Source: Lachnospiraceae bacterium
GTDB lineage: Bacteria; Bacillota; Clostridia; Lachnospirales; Lachnospiraceae
DNA: 64,000 nucleotides
Direction of reading: 5' to 3'
NCBI GenBank assembly: GCA_045129695.1
Contig: JBGVJZ010000009.1
Coordinates: forward strand, 15,392-79,391
Shown here piece by piece: positions 51,191-61,217 of this stretch (the first letter of the stretch is position 1; every line of letters begins with the position of its first letter). The position numbers were made by a program, and so were the translations under genes. Below the pieces are notes generated by a model, which was not told the origin of the DNA, did no database searches, and saw nothing but the letters and a program-made list of their open reading frames with translations.

Positions 51191-52213
51191 ATGGCACGTA
51201 GTATATATGGACTTGATATAGGTACCAGTAATATTAAAATATATTCCAAAGATAATGATAAAATTTTAAATGAGAAGAATATTATTGCAATTGCAAATAA
51301 AACGGAATTATATGCTTATGGAGATGAGGCTTTTGAAATGCATGAAAAGGCACCGGCTTCAATCAATGTATCTTTTCCGATTAAATACGGCGTAATTGCT
51401 GACTTTGATAATATGCAGAGACTCTTTGCAGAATTTATCAGAAAAATCAGCAGACAGTATAAGAAAATTGCACCGGCTGACTATTATATAGCAGTTCCTA
51501 CCGGAATAACGGAGGTAGAGAAACGTGCATTTCTTGAACTTATAAAGGATTCCAAAATTCGTGCAAAGAAAATAATGGTAATTAACAAGCCTGTTGCAGA
51601 TGCGCTTGGCGCAGGCGTTGAAGTAACACAGGCTCAGGGTATCATGGTAGTTAATATAGGTGCCGACACTACAGAGATATCAATTCTCTCATTAGGAGGA
51701 ATTGTTCTTAGTAAAGCAGTTAAGTTCGGAGGGAATAAGCTTGATGAAGCTATAATTTCTGCTGTACGTAAACACTATAACCTTGTTATAGGTGCCAAAA
51801 CAGCTGAATATATTAAATTCGAGCTTGGCAATGCTATTAAAGAGAAAGAGCACTTTGTCAGTGTATATGGCCGACATATTGTAACAGGCCTTCCGACACA
51901 GTGTGAAATTTCTTCAGATGTGGTATATGACTGTCTGATTGATTTTATCCATCAGATTATTGATTCAATGAAAATAATACTTGAACGTACTCCACCTGAG
52001 CTTTCAGCAGATATTATTGATACAGGTATTTATCTTACCGGCGGTTCCTCTGCAATCAAGGGGTTATCTGAGCTTATTAATTCACAAACGGATCTTCATG
52101 TAAATATTACTGAAAATCCATCCGAATGTGTGGTACGCGGTATCCGTAAGATTATTGCAAATCCTAAATATAACGATATTGCTTATGTGCCTAAGACAAG
52201 AATTATCGAATAA
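51191..52213 (+). CDS. mreB: Divergent MreB-family actin homologue
   Basis: GLDIGT, GVIADF, VPTGITEVEKRA, LERTPPELSADI, LTGG; first gene of mreBCD; catalytic motifs altered (see findings). Confidence 0.9.
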   Translation: MARSIYGLDIGTSNIKIYSKDNDKILNEKNIIAIANKTELYAYGDEAFEMHEKAPASINVSFPIKYGVIADFDNMQRLFAEFIRKISRQYKKIAPADYYIAVPTGITEVEKRAFLELIKDSKIRAKKIMVINKPVADALGAGVEVTQAQGIMVVNIGADTTEISILSLGGIVLSKAVKFGGNKLDEAIISAVRKHYNLVIGAKTAEYIKFELGNAIKEKEHFVSVYGRHIVTGLPTQCEISSDVVYDCLIDFIHQIIDSMKIILERTPPELSADIIDTGIYLTGGSSAIKGLSELINSQTDLHVNITENPSECVVRGIRKIIANPKYNDIAYVPKTRIIE

Positions 52214-52230
52214 GCGGCAAAGGATTATTT

Positions 52231-53082
52231 ATGAAAAAGAAATTCAAAAATATTTTTTCATCTAAGACATGGCTTACGATTCTGACAATTGTATGTATTA
52301 TTTTTATTGCACTGACCTGTTTTACAAACGTACTCACCAATCCTTTGCAAAAGGCGGCGTCCAAGATAATTGTTCCTCTGCAGAAGGGGGTTAACGGAAT
52401 CGGCTTATGGCTTACCGAAAAAAGTGAGCTTTTAAATTCAATAGAACAGCTTCAGGCAGAGAATAAAGCTCTTCAGGAACAGATAGATAAGCTTTCCGAC
52501 GAGAAACTGCTTACACTCAAGGATCAGGTTGAATTGGATCAGTTAAGAGAACTGTACCAGCTTGATAATGCGTATTCTGACTATGAGAAAATAGGAGCCA
52601 ATGTTATTGCAAGAGGCTCCAACAACTGGTATAGTACCTTTACAATTGATAAGGGTTACTCCGATGGAATCTGTAAGGACATGAACGTTATTGCAGGAAA
52701 CGGTCTTGTAGGAATTGTTACGGAAGTATCTGAGGATTATTCAATAGTGCGTTCCATTATTGATGATTCCAGCAAGGTAAGTGCAATGCTTCTTAATACA
52801 TCTGATGTATGTACTGTAAGCGGTGATTTAATGCTTATGGAAGAGGGCTATATCAGATTACAGTATCTTGACGGTTCAGTTTCCATCAAAAATGGTGATA
52901 TGATTATTACATCAAATATAAGTGAGAAATATCATGAAGGCTTACTTATCGGTTATGCCAAGGACATCACAATGGACAGCAATAATCTTACACAGTCAGG
53001 ATATATTGTTCCTGCTGTTGACTTTAAGCATATTAACAAGGTGCTGGTTATTCTGGACTCAAAAACAGAAATTAAGGAATAA
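52231..53082 (+). CDS. mreC: Rod shape-determining protein MreC
   Basis: N-terminal TM, coiled coil, TIDKG..DG, GLVG.V, GD.IITS, G..IG. Confidence 0.95.
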   Translation: MKKKFKNIFSSKTWLTILTIVCIIFIALTCFTNVLTNPLQKAASKIIVPLQKGVNGIGLWLTEKSELLNSIEQLQAENKALQEQIDKLSDEKLLTLKDQVELDQLRELYQLDNAYSDYEKIGANVIARGSNNWYSTFTIDKGYSDGICKDMNVIAGNGLVGIVTEVSEDYSIVRSIIDDSSKVSAMLLNTSDVCTVSGDLMLMEEGYIRLQYLDGSVSIKNGDMIITSNISEKYHEGLLIGYAKDITMDSNNLTQSGYIVPAVDFKHINKVLVILDSKTEIKE

Positions 53083-53094
53083 GGTGCTTTTACT

Positions 53095-53631
53095 TTGAGA
53101 AGATTTATTATCAGTTTCTTTTCAATTACATTACTATATGTTTTGCAGAGTACTGTTTTTACAACTTATTTTAGCATAGGAAATATTACCCCCAATCTTA
53201 TTCTTATGTTCGCCTGTATTGTTGGTTTCATGCGTGGAAGAAGATCGGGAATGCTCACAGGATTTTTCGGTGGAATGCTGGTGGATATAATGAATGGTGG
53301 CATTGTAGGATTTACACCACTGTTATACCTTTTATCGGGATTTTTTAATGGTTTTTTTCACAAAGAATACAATAAAGAACAGCTTCTGCTTCCTATCGGA
53401 CTTGTAGCTATGTGTGATTTTGCCTATGGGATATTATTTTATTTTTTCAATTTCTTATTCAGGAACCGACTGAATTTTGGCTATTATATTTTAAATATAA
53501 TATTACCTGAGGTGGTTTATACTGTAGTAGTAACAATTTTTGCTTATATTCTTGTATATTATATTAACCGAAAACTTGATTATATCGACAGAAAGAGGCT
53601 GGCAAGAAATGTTCACAGAAACAATTCGTGA
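53095..53631 (+). CDS. mreD: Rod shape-determining protein MreD
   Basis: Polytopic hydrophobic protein (PNL.L, GFFGG.LVD) between mreC and PBP2; TTG start. Confidence 0.92.
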   Translation: MRRFIISFFSITLLYVLQSTVFTTYFSIGNITPNLILMFACIVGFMRGRRSGMLTGFFGGMLVDIMNGGIVGFTPLLYLLSGFFNGFFHKEYNKEQLLLPIGLVAMCDFAYGILFYFFNFLFRNRLNFGYYILNIILPEVVYTVVVTIFAYILVYYINRKLDYIDRKRLARNVHRNNS

Positions 53632-56467
53632 TTTATTTAAAGATATCGGCATTGGACTTAAAAAACTTGTTAACTCCAGGGTCATTCCATTTGTAATTGT
53701 GGCAATGGCTCTTTTTGGCATTTTAATATACAGACTCTTTGTGCTTCAGATTGTAAATGGTGAAGAGTATGAGAACAGTTATACAATGAAGGCTGAAAAG
53801 ACCATTACAATCAATGGAGCGCGAGGTAATATTTATGATTCAGAAGGCAGACTTTTAGCATACAGCGAGCTTGCATATTCCGTCGTAATTGAGGACTGTG
53901 GTTATTATGAGTCTACAAAAATCAAGAATGAGGCTCTGAATTCCATTATTAGCAGAATGGTAAATATCATAGAAGATAACGGTGACGCCATTGATTATGA
54001 TTTTCCAATTGAATATGTTAATGGAAGATATAGTTTTACGGTTTCTGACAATGCACTGTTAAGATTTTTAAGAGATATTTACGGACACTCAAATATAAGT
54101 CAGTTAAGCGAAACAGAACGTGAATCTACAGCAGAAGATGTTGTTAATTATCTTATGGAACGATACAAAATTAACCAGCCTGTGTCAAAAGATGATAAAA
54201 ACACCTCACCAGTGACAATATATGAGGACGAAATGGTGCTTAAGATTATTTTTATCAGATATAATCTGGCTGCCAATTCATACAAAAGGTATATCTCGTT
54301 TACGGTTGCCACAAATGTTTCGCCTGAAACAATGGCATCAATTCTTGAAAACTCGGATATCCTGACCGGTGTTACCATAGAAGAGGATTATATCAGAAAA
54401 TATAACTACTCAACATATATTGCCCATATTATCGGATATACAGGTAAAATAAACAGCACGGAATTACAGGAGTTTCAGTCAATTGACCCTTCTTATGAAT
54501 CAACGGATATAGTTGGCAAGTCCGGAATTGAATCCACATATGAGACATTGCTGGCAGGCAAGAAGGGCTATAAAACCATGCTGGTTGACAATGTCGGCCG
54601 TGTTCTTGAAACAATTGATACTAAAGAGGCAACAGTCGGTGGAGATGTATATCTTACAATTGATGTTGAGCTTCAACAAAAACTGTATAATCTTATGGAA
54701 AGACGACTTATGGAAATTCTTGTTGACCGTATTGTTAATTCCACAAGTGACAGAGACGGCACGGAAATTGTAATACCAATTTATGAAGTATGTGCTGCAC
54801 TTATTAATAATAACAAAATTAACATGGATTTAATTAAAGAATCAGATACACCGGCGGCAACAGCTGTATATAATGCTTACTTCCAGAAAAGAGAGCAGCT
54901 TTTATTACAGCTTGATGAACAATTACAAGGAACGGTTCCAATGAATTCCCTCTCTGAAGAACTGCAGGAAGCTATTAAAATGATGCGAAGCCAGTTATTT
55001 AGTACTGAAATACTTAATTCCGATAAAGTTACTTCATCTGATCCATTGCAGCAGGCATGGAATTCAGGTAGTATTTCTTTCAGGGAATATCTGGAAGGAG
55101 CTATTGAAAATGACTGGGTAAACATTTATAATCTTGATGTTTCCACAGAATATCCTACATCAGATGAAGTAACTGACAGCATAATAGATGAAGCTTTATC
55201 ATTAATTTCTAATTACAGGGATTTTGATAAAATGGTTTATAATGACCTGATTGTAACCCAGCAGATTTCTATTAAGAATATTTGTCTGATTCTTATGGAA
55301 CAGGATGCAATCAATTACACTGAAAGTGAATATGTGACAATTCAGAATGGCGGTTCAGTATATAATTTCATTATTAATAAGCTTAAAGCACTTGAGATAA
55401 CACCGGCCGAGCTTGCATTGGATCCATGCTCCGGCTCATGTGTAATGGAAGATCCTAATACAGGTAATATTCTTGCAATGGTAAGTTATCCGAGTTATGA
55501 CATTAATTATTTCTCCGGTTCAATTAACGGCGAATATTATGCAAAGCTTTTAGATGATGATTCAACACCTTTGGTTAACAGAGTTACACAGACTAAAATC
55601 GCTCCCGGTTCAACCTTTAAACCATTAATTGCGGTAGCAGGTCTTAACGAAGGCTTAATAACCAAGAGCAGTACTATTTTATGTAATGGTATTTATGATG
55701 TGGTTGTTCCTAATATTAAATGTGCCGTTTATCCTAATTCACATGGCTATCTGGAATTAAAATCTGCGATTGCCGAATCATGTAATGAATACTTTTGTGA
55801 AATCGGTTACCGGTTAAGCACACAGTCTGACGGAACATTAAATTTTAATTACGGACTGTCACAAATTCAGAAATATACAGAATTACTTGGATTATCCACC
55901 AAAACCGGAATACAGATTCCTGAAACAACACCACATGTAACGGATTATAATCCGGTTGCTTCAGCAATCGGACAGGGAACCAATGCATATACATCTCTTA
56001 ATCTTGCACGTTATGTATCTACTCTGGCTAATCAGGGTACAGTGTATAACAGCTCGATTATTTCCAAAACAGTGGATACCCTTACAGGAGAAGAAAATAT
56101 TTATGAGCCTGCTGTTTCTCATACAGTTGATATTAATCCTGAAATATGGAATATGGTAGCAGAGGGTATGAACGAAGTAGTTAACAGAAGCTATAAGGCT
56201 ATTACAACGAATATTCCTGCCAGGCTCTATGCTAAATCAGGAACTGCAGAAGAGGATAAGAACCGTGCAGACCATGCCTGCTATATTTTATACTCAAAGG
56301 ATGGTAATGATAATCCTGAGGTTGTGGTTACAGCAATGATACCTTATGGTTATGCAGCTGCAAATGCCGGTATTATGACATATTACGGAATGTGTGCATA
56401 TTATGATGTAGAACCACCTACAGAAATGTATTTCCATTATAATACAGGATTTGAAATGATAAATTAG
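53609..56467 (+). CDS. mrdA: Class B penicillin-binding protein 2 with large insertion
   Basis: RL..LQIV.G, ARGNIYD, GKSGIE..YE, LTID..LQ, SxxK (STFK), SCN, KSG. Confidence 0.92.
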   Translation: MFTETIRDLFKDIGIGLKKLVNSRVIPFVIVAMALFGILIYRLFVLQIVNGEEYENSYTMKAEKTITINGARGNIYDSEGRLLAYSELAYSVVIEDCGYYESTKIKNEALNSIISRMVNIIEDNGDAIDYDFPIEYVNGRYSFTVSDNALLRFLRDIYGHSNISQLSETERESTAEDVVNYLMERYKINQPVSKDDKNTSPVTIYEDEMVLKIIFIRYNLAANSYKRYISFTVATNVSPETMASILENSDILTGVTIEEDYIRKYNYSTYIAHIIGYTGKINSTELQEFQSIDPSYESTDIVGKSGIESTYETLLAGKKGYKTMLVDNVGRVLETIDTKEATVGGDVYLTIDVELQQKLYNLMERRLMEILVDRIVNSTSDRDGTEIVIPIYEVCAALINNNKINMDLIKESDTPAATAVYNAYFQKREQLLLQLDEQLQGTVPMNSLSEELQEAIKMMRSQLFSTEILNSDKVTSSDPLQQAWNSGSISFREYLEGAIENDWVNIYNLDVSTEYPTSDEVTDSIIDEALSLISNYRDFDKMVYNDLIVTQQISIKNICLILMEQDAINYTESEYVTIQNGGSVYNFIINKLKALEITPAELALDPCSGSCVMEDPNTGNILAMVSYPSYDINYFSGSINGEYYAKLLDDDSTPLVNRVTQTKIAPGSTFKPLIAVAGLNEGLITKSSTILCNGIYDVVVPNIKCAVYPNSHGYLELKSAIAESCNEYFCEIGYRLSTQSDGTLNFNYGLSQIQKYTELLGLSTKTGIQIPETTPHVTDYNPVASAIGQGTNAYTSLNLARYVSTLANQGTVYNSSIISKTVDTLTGEENIYEPAVSHTVDINPEIWNMVAEGMNEVVNRSYKAITTNIPARLYAKSGTAEEDKNRADHACYILYSKDGNDNPEVVVTAMIPYGYAAANAGIMTYYGMCAYYDVEPPTEMYFHYNTGFEMIN

Positions 56468-56479
56468 GAGGTCAGATAA

Positions 56480-57151
56480 ATGAATAATTCAGTCGTTATC
56501 AAGGGAAATAAATACGGAATTGTTGTTCAGATGGACAAAAATATTTCTTTTGCACAACTCAAGGAAGACCTTGCAGAAAAATTCAAAAGTGCATCAAAAT
56601 TTTTTGATAAAGCCAATATGGCAATTTCCTTTGAAGGAAGAAGACTTAACAGTGATGAAGAAAGAGAGGTTCTCCAGATTATTGCGGATAATTCCCAATT
56701 GAATATTGTATGTGTGATTGACAACGATGAAATGAAGGAGAAAATGTTCAAAAAAGCTGTTGAGGACAGGCTTGAGGAGCTTTCAGCACATACCGGACAG
56801 TTCTATAAAGGAACACTACGCTCCGGACAGATGCTTGAGTCTGAAAGCAGTATAATAATACTTGGAGACATTAATCCCGGAGCTAAGGTTATTGCCAAAG
56901 GAAATATTATTGTTCTGGGTTCCTTGAAGGGAACCGTATATGCAGGTGCAAACGGTAATGAGGACGCATTTGTCGTAGCTCTCGAAATGGCACCTATACA
57001 AATCAGAATAGGTGACACCATTGCCCGTTGCAATGAAAGCGGAACCAAGATAAAGCCGATTAGTCCTGATACAATGATAGCATTTGTTGAAGACGAAAAC
57101 ATTTATATTGAACGTCTTGATAAGGATGTATTAGATGATATTAAGCTATAA
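56480..57151 (+). CDS. minC: Septum site-determining protein MinC
   Basis: VVIKG N-terminus, TLRSGQ, GDINPGA, G.L.G..YAG; upstream of minD. Confidence 0.95.
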   Translation: MNNSVVIKGNKYGIVVQMDKNISFAQLKEDLAEKFKSASKFFDKANMAISFEGRRLNSDEEREVLQIIADNSQLNIVCVIDNDEMKEKMFKKAVEDRLEELSAHTGQFYKGTLRSGQMLESESSIIILGDINPGAKVIAKGNIIVLGSLKGTVYAGANGNEDAFVVALEMAPIQIRIGDTIARCNESGTKIKPISPDTMIAFVEDENIYIERLDKDVLDDIKL

Positions 57152-57175
57152 ACATAAAATTTTTATAAAAATTTA

Positions 57176-57204
57176 TTGATTTAAACTGCAAAAACTTGCA
57201 TAAT
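57176..57204 (+). promoter_or_regulatory. Possible internal SigA promoter for minDE
   Basis: TTGATT-17 nt-CATAAT in the 84-nt minC-minD gap. Confidence 0.45.
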
Positions 57205-57235
57205 ATATATGATTATTTAAATCGGAGGATTAAAA

Positions 57236-58018
57236 ATGAGTGAAGTAATTGTTGTTACATCAGGAAAAGGTGGAGTAGGAAAGACCACTACATCTGCAAA
57301 CGTAGGAACAGGTCTTGCAAAATTGAACAAAAAGGTAGTATTAATCGATACAGATATAGGACTTAGAAATCTTGACGTTGTTATGGGTCTTGAGAATAGA
57401 ATAGTATATAACCTTGTAGACGTAATTGAAGGTAACTGCCGTATTAAACAGGCATTGATTAAGGACAAGAGATATCCAAATCTCTATCTTTTACCTTCAG
57501 CGCAGACGAAGGACAAGAATTCGGTTTCTCCTGAACAGATGAAGAAATTAACTGAAGAACTTAAAGAAGAATTTGATTACATAATTCTTGATTGTCCTGC
57601 AGGAATCGAACAGGGCTTCAAGAATGCAATTGCCGGTGCTGACAGGGCTTTAGTTGTTACGACACCTGAGGTATCAGCAATAAGAGATGCGGACAGAATT
57701 ATCGGTCTGCTTGAAGCTAATGAAATAGGAAGAACAGACCTTATTGTTAACAGAATCCGTATGGATATGGTTAAGAAAGGTGATATGATGTCAATAGAAG
57801 ATGTTGTTGATATCCTTTCAATTAATCTTATCGGTGCAGTACCGGATGATGAGAACATTGTAATCTCAACCAATCAGGGTGATCCATTAGTAGGCTCAGA
57901 CACAATGGCAGGTAAGGCATATATGAATATCTGTAAGCGTATTCTTGGCGAAGAAGTTCCAATTATGGATTTGAATGTTAAGAATAGTTTTTGGGCAAGA
58001 TTATTCAAGAGAAATTAA
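57236..58018 (+). CDS. minD: Septum site-determining ATPase MinD
   Basis: SGKGGVGKTT, DIGLRNLD, DCPAGIE, C-terminal amphipathic FWARLF. Confidence 0.99.
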   Translation: MSEVIVVTSGKGGVGKTTTSANVGTGLAKLNKKVVLIDTDIGLRNLDVVMGLENRIVYNLVDVIEGNCRIKQALIKDKRYPNLYLLPSAQTKDKNSVSPEQMKKLTEELKEEFDYIILDCPAGIEQGFKNAIAGADRALVVTTPEVSAIRDADRIIGLLEANEIGRTDLIVNRIRMDMVKKGDMMSIEDVVDILSINLIGAVPDDENIVISTNQGDPLVGSDTMAGKAYMNICKRILGEEVPIMDLNVKNSFWARLFKRN

Positions 58019-58031
58019 GGGGGATATTACG

Positions 58032-58307
58032 ATGGGTTTATTTGAAATGTTCAAAAAGAAAAATTCCGGTAATGTAGCAAAGGATCGTTTAAAACTTCTT
58101 TTGGTATCAGACAGAGCAAACTGTTCACCGGATGTTATGGAAATGATTAAAAATGATATCATTAAAGTAATTACCAAATATATGGAAATTGATGTTGAAG
58201 GTCTTGATATACAGATAACACAGACTGAATCCGATACCAACAATGGTACAGTACCTGCTTTATTTGCAAATATTCCTATTAAAGACTTAAAAGGAAGCAG
58301 AAAATAA
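58032..58307 (+). CDS. minE: Cell division topological specificity factor MinE
   Basis: SGNVAKDRLKLLLVSDR, L.ANIPI. Confidence 0.96.
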   Translation: MGLFEMFKKKNSGNVAKDRLKLLLVSDRANCSPDVMEMIKNDIIKVITKYMEIDVEGLDIQITQTESDTNNGTVPALFANIPIKDLKGSRK

Positions 58308-58326
58308 ATATTTCGGGTAGTTATAT

Positions 58327-59484
58327 ATGCTCAAACATTTTAATTTCAAAATTAAATATTATAACTGGAGACTGCTTTTTTGGGTGCTTGCATTATCACT
58401 TATAGGTGTTGTTGTAATAGGAAGTGCCGTACCGGGAGCAGGATACCAGTCCAAACAGATTATCGGACTGATAGGAAGTATAGTATTTATGGTTATTATA
58501 TCCGTAATTAACTATAATTCCCTACTCAAACTGCATTGGTTAATTTACGCAGTATGTCTCGGGCTTTTAGGAGCGGTGCTTTTATTCGGTAAGAATGTAA
58601 ACGGTGCTACAAGATGGATTGAAATAACTGAATCAATCAGTGTTCAGCCCTCAGAATTTGCCAAGATATTGATGATAACATTTTGGGCATGGCTGTTAGG
58701 TCATAATCCGGATTTTCTTAAAAAATGGAAGAATTTTTTTATTGCATGTGCATTATCGGCAATACCACTTTTCCTCATTGTATCGGAACCGGATTTATCC
58801 ACAACCATTCTTGTAACATGTATTTTTATCGTTGCGTTATTTGTGGCAGGCATAAGCTATAAGAAAATTGGTATTATTTTAGCTGTTATTGTACCAATTG
58901 CAGTTGCGATGATTATTTACATTCAGACACCTAATCAGAAATTACTAAAGCCATATCAGTTAAAACGAATTATGGCATTTATTAATCCTGATGAATATGA
59001 TGATGACAGATATCAGCAGGACAATTCGGTATTAGCAATTGGTTCAGGGCAGTTGAATGGCAAGGGTCTGTATAATGACAGCCCTGATTCTGTAAAGAAT
59101 GGTAATTACCTTGCAGAACCGCAGACAGACTTTATTTTCGCTATTGTTGGAGAAGAGATGGGATTTGTAGGAAGTCTTGTTGTGCTTGGATTAATGTTTT
59201 TAATTGCCATGGAGTGTGTTATTACCGGGGCAAGAGCATCCAACCTGTCCGGACGTATAATATGCTTTGGTGTTGCAACCATTGTAATTTTTCAGACCTT
59301 TATCAATATTGGTGTTGCAACGGAATTATTGCCGAACACAGGTATTCCATTACCTTTTGTTAGTTATGGGCTTAGCTCCCTTGTATCTATATATGCAGGA
59401 ATCGGTTTGGTTCTAAGCGTTGGAATTGACAGAAAAACTGCTTTGGAGGGTAAAAAATATGAACATAGGATTAATCGCACATGA
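58327..59484 (+). CDS. rodA: SEDS peptidoglycan glycosyltransferase RodA
   Basis: GATRWI, QPSEFAK, EPDL, AIGSG, TDFIF, TGIPLPF.SYG. Confidence 0.92.
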   Translation: MLKHFNFKIKYYNWRLLFWVLALSLIGVVVIGSAVPGAGYQSKQIIGLIGSIVFMVIISVINYNSLLKLHWLIYAVCLGLLGAVLLFGKNVNGATRWIEITESISVQPSEFAKILMITFWAWLLGHNPDFLKKWKNFFIACALSAIPLFLIVSEPDLSTTILVTCIFIVALFVAGISYKKIGIILAVIVPIAVAMIIYIQTPNQKLLKPYQLKRIMAFINPDEYDDDRYQQDNSVLAIGSGQLNGKGLYNDSPDSVKNGNYLAEPQTDFIFAIVGEEMGFVGSLVVLGLMFLIAMECVITGARASNLSGRIICFGVATIVIFQTFINIGVATELLPNTGIPLPFVSYGLSSLVSIYAGIGLVLSVGIDRKTALEGKKYEHRINRT

Positions 59485-59854
59485 TTCCAAGAAAAAATTA
59501 ATGCAGAATTTCTGCATCGCCTATCGTGGAATTCTTAATAAACACACATTATATGCAACAGGTACGACCGGAAGACTTATTGAAGAGGTTTCAAACCTTA
59601 CGGTTCACAAATATCTTGCCGGTCATTTGGGTGGTGAACAACAGCTTGGTTCAGAAATTGAAACCAATCAGATTGATATGCTTATTTTTCTAAGGGACCC
59701 GCAGTCTCCAAATTCACATGAGCCTGATGCCGGTAAACTATTTAAGCTTTGTGATATGCACAATATTCCGTTTGCAACGAATCTTGCAACAGCAGAAATG
59801 TTAGTTAAATCTCTTGATCGAGGAGATCTTGAATGGAGAGAAATTTTTAAATAA
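59459..59854 (+). CDS. mgsA: Methylglyoxal synthase
   Basis: IGLIAHD.KK, ATGTTG, G.LGG.QQ, F.RDP, HEPD, ATN.ATAE. Confidence 0.96.
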   Translation: MNIGLIAHDSKKKLMQNFCIAYRGILNKHTLYATGTTGRLIEEVSNLTVHKYLAGHLGGEQQLGSEIETNQIDMLIFLRDPQSPNSHEPDAGKLFKLCDMHNIPFATNLATAEMLVKSLDRGDLEWREIFK

Positions 59855-59863
59855 GAGGGCGCA

Positions 59864-60841
59864 ATGAGAAAAAAACTTATTATTCCATTAATTATTACAA
59901 TTTTTATTTGTTCCGGCTGTAAGCAGGAGCCGGAGGTTCTAAACGAATTTAAAATCGAGAATAACAGCTCTATTTCTTATATTACTGATAATGACTTAAG
60001 CTTTGCAAAGGGTTTTGCTGAAGATTTAGCTGTTGTACCTGCCAATGCAGCAAATTCAGCAACAAGCAACGCTGTAAATGCTGAATCAGCTTTTTTGGTG
60101 GATATCACTACCAATGAGGTGCTTTTCCAGAAGAATGTTCACTCTAAAGTATATCCTGCCAGCACAACAAAATGCCTTACATCCTTAATTGCAATCAAAT
60201 ATGGAGATACAACCTCTACAAGAGTTGTTGGAGATGAAATATACTTTTATGAGGATAATGTTGTTATCTGTGATTTCAGGGAGGGCGATGTTGTTTCATT
60301 TGACACAGCATTGAATGGTGCACTTATTAAGTCAGGTAATGATGCTGCGTCTGTACTTGCACTTTTTGCAGCAGACAGTATTGAAGAATTTGCAGAATTG
60401 ATGAACAGTGAGGCGTATTCACTTGGTGCAACCAATTCACATTTTGTGAATGCACATGGTTTGTACGACGATAACCATTATACGACTGCTTATGATATGT
60501 ATCTCATTTTTAAAGAAGCAATTAAATCAGATTATCTGGTTAGTGTTTTATCTGCCAAATCGTATGTTGGTACCTTAAAAAGGACTACACCGTATAACAC
60601 CTATGATATTGGCTGTTCATATACAACAACCAATCCCTTTTTTACAGGAGTTGCTACAGCACCTTCCCATGTTACTATTATTGGCGGTAAATCTGGCTAT
60701 ACTGAGGTTGCCAGAAGAAGCTATGTACTTCTTGCCGAGGGTGATAACGGACATCAGTATATTGTACTTGTAATGAAAGATGATAATTATGATTTTATGT
60801 GTCAGGATTTAACTTATCTTGTTTCGCTTATTCCTGAATAG
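59864..60841 (+). CDS. D-alanyl-D-alanine carboxypeptidase (peptidase S11), probable lipoprotein
   Basis: YPASTTK, SGN, F.NAHG, TTAYD, GKSG; signal ending in CSGC lipobox. Confidence 0.92.
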   Translation: MRKKLIIPLIITIFICSGCKQEPEVLNEFKIENNSSISYITDNDLSFAKGFAEDLAVVPANAANSATSNAVNAESAFLVDITTNEVLFQKNVHSKVYPASTTKCLTSLIAIKYGDTTSTRVVGDEIYFYEDNVVICDFREGDVVSFDTALNGALIKSGNDAASVLALFAADSIEEFAELMNSEAYSLGATNSHFVNAHGLYDDNHYTTAYDMYLIFKEAIKSDYLVSVLSAKSYVGTLKRTTPYNTYDIGCSYTTTNPFFTGVATAPSHVTIIGGKSGYTEVARRSYVLLAEGDNGHQYIVLVMKDDNYDFMCQDLTYLVSLIPE

Positions 60842-60842
60842 G

Positions 60843-60876
60843 AAAACCGGCAGTTATAATAACTGCCGGCATTTTT
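60843..60876. terminator. Bidirectional terminator between dac and DUF378
   Basis: CCGGCAGTTA-TAA-TAACTGCCGG, AAAA before and TTTTT after; convergent genes. Confidence 0.85.
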
Positions 60877-60877
60877 A

Positions 60878-61087
60878 TTATTCCCCGAATCTTCTAATTC
60901 TTCCGAATGTTGTAATCATGTATACACCACAGATACCAACAATAGCATAGATAATTCTTGTAAATACTGTCATTGTTCCAAACAGAAAAGCAACAAGGTC
61001 AAAATCGAAAAATCCGATTAATCCCCAGTTAATTGCACCTATAATGGTTAAAATTAATGCAGTATAATCCAAAATTTTTGAAATCAT
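60878..61087 (-). CDS. DUF378 (YuzA-like) small membrane protein
   Basis: IIGAINWGLIGFFDFDLVA.LFG...RIIY.IVG; AGGAGG RBS on minus strand. Confidence 0.93.
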   Translation of the reverse strand: MISKILDYTALILTIIGAINWGLIGFFDFDLVAFLFGTMTVFTRIIYAIVGICGVYMITTFGRIRRFGE

Positions 61088-61217
61088 AATATAAATCCTC
61101 CTTAAAAGATTATCATATTGTTATGATTTTCTTTATTGATGTATTTTATAATGGTATTTTTATGAAAAAAATGTTATTATAGATTTGCTTGTATAAAAAA
61201 AGAAGAGGGTGATATAA

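Noticed and set aside
61088-61160. SigG promoter for DUF378/yuzA
   Set aside because: No element pair with acceptable spacing could be found by eye.
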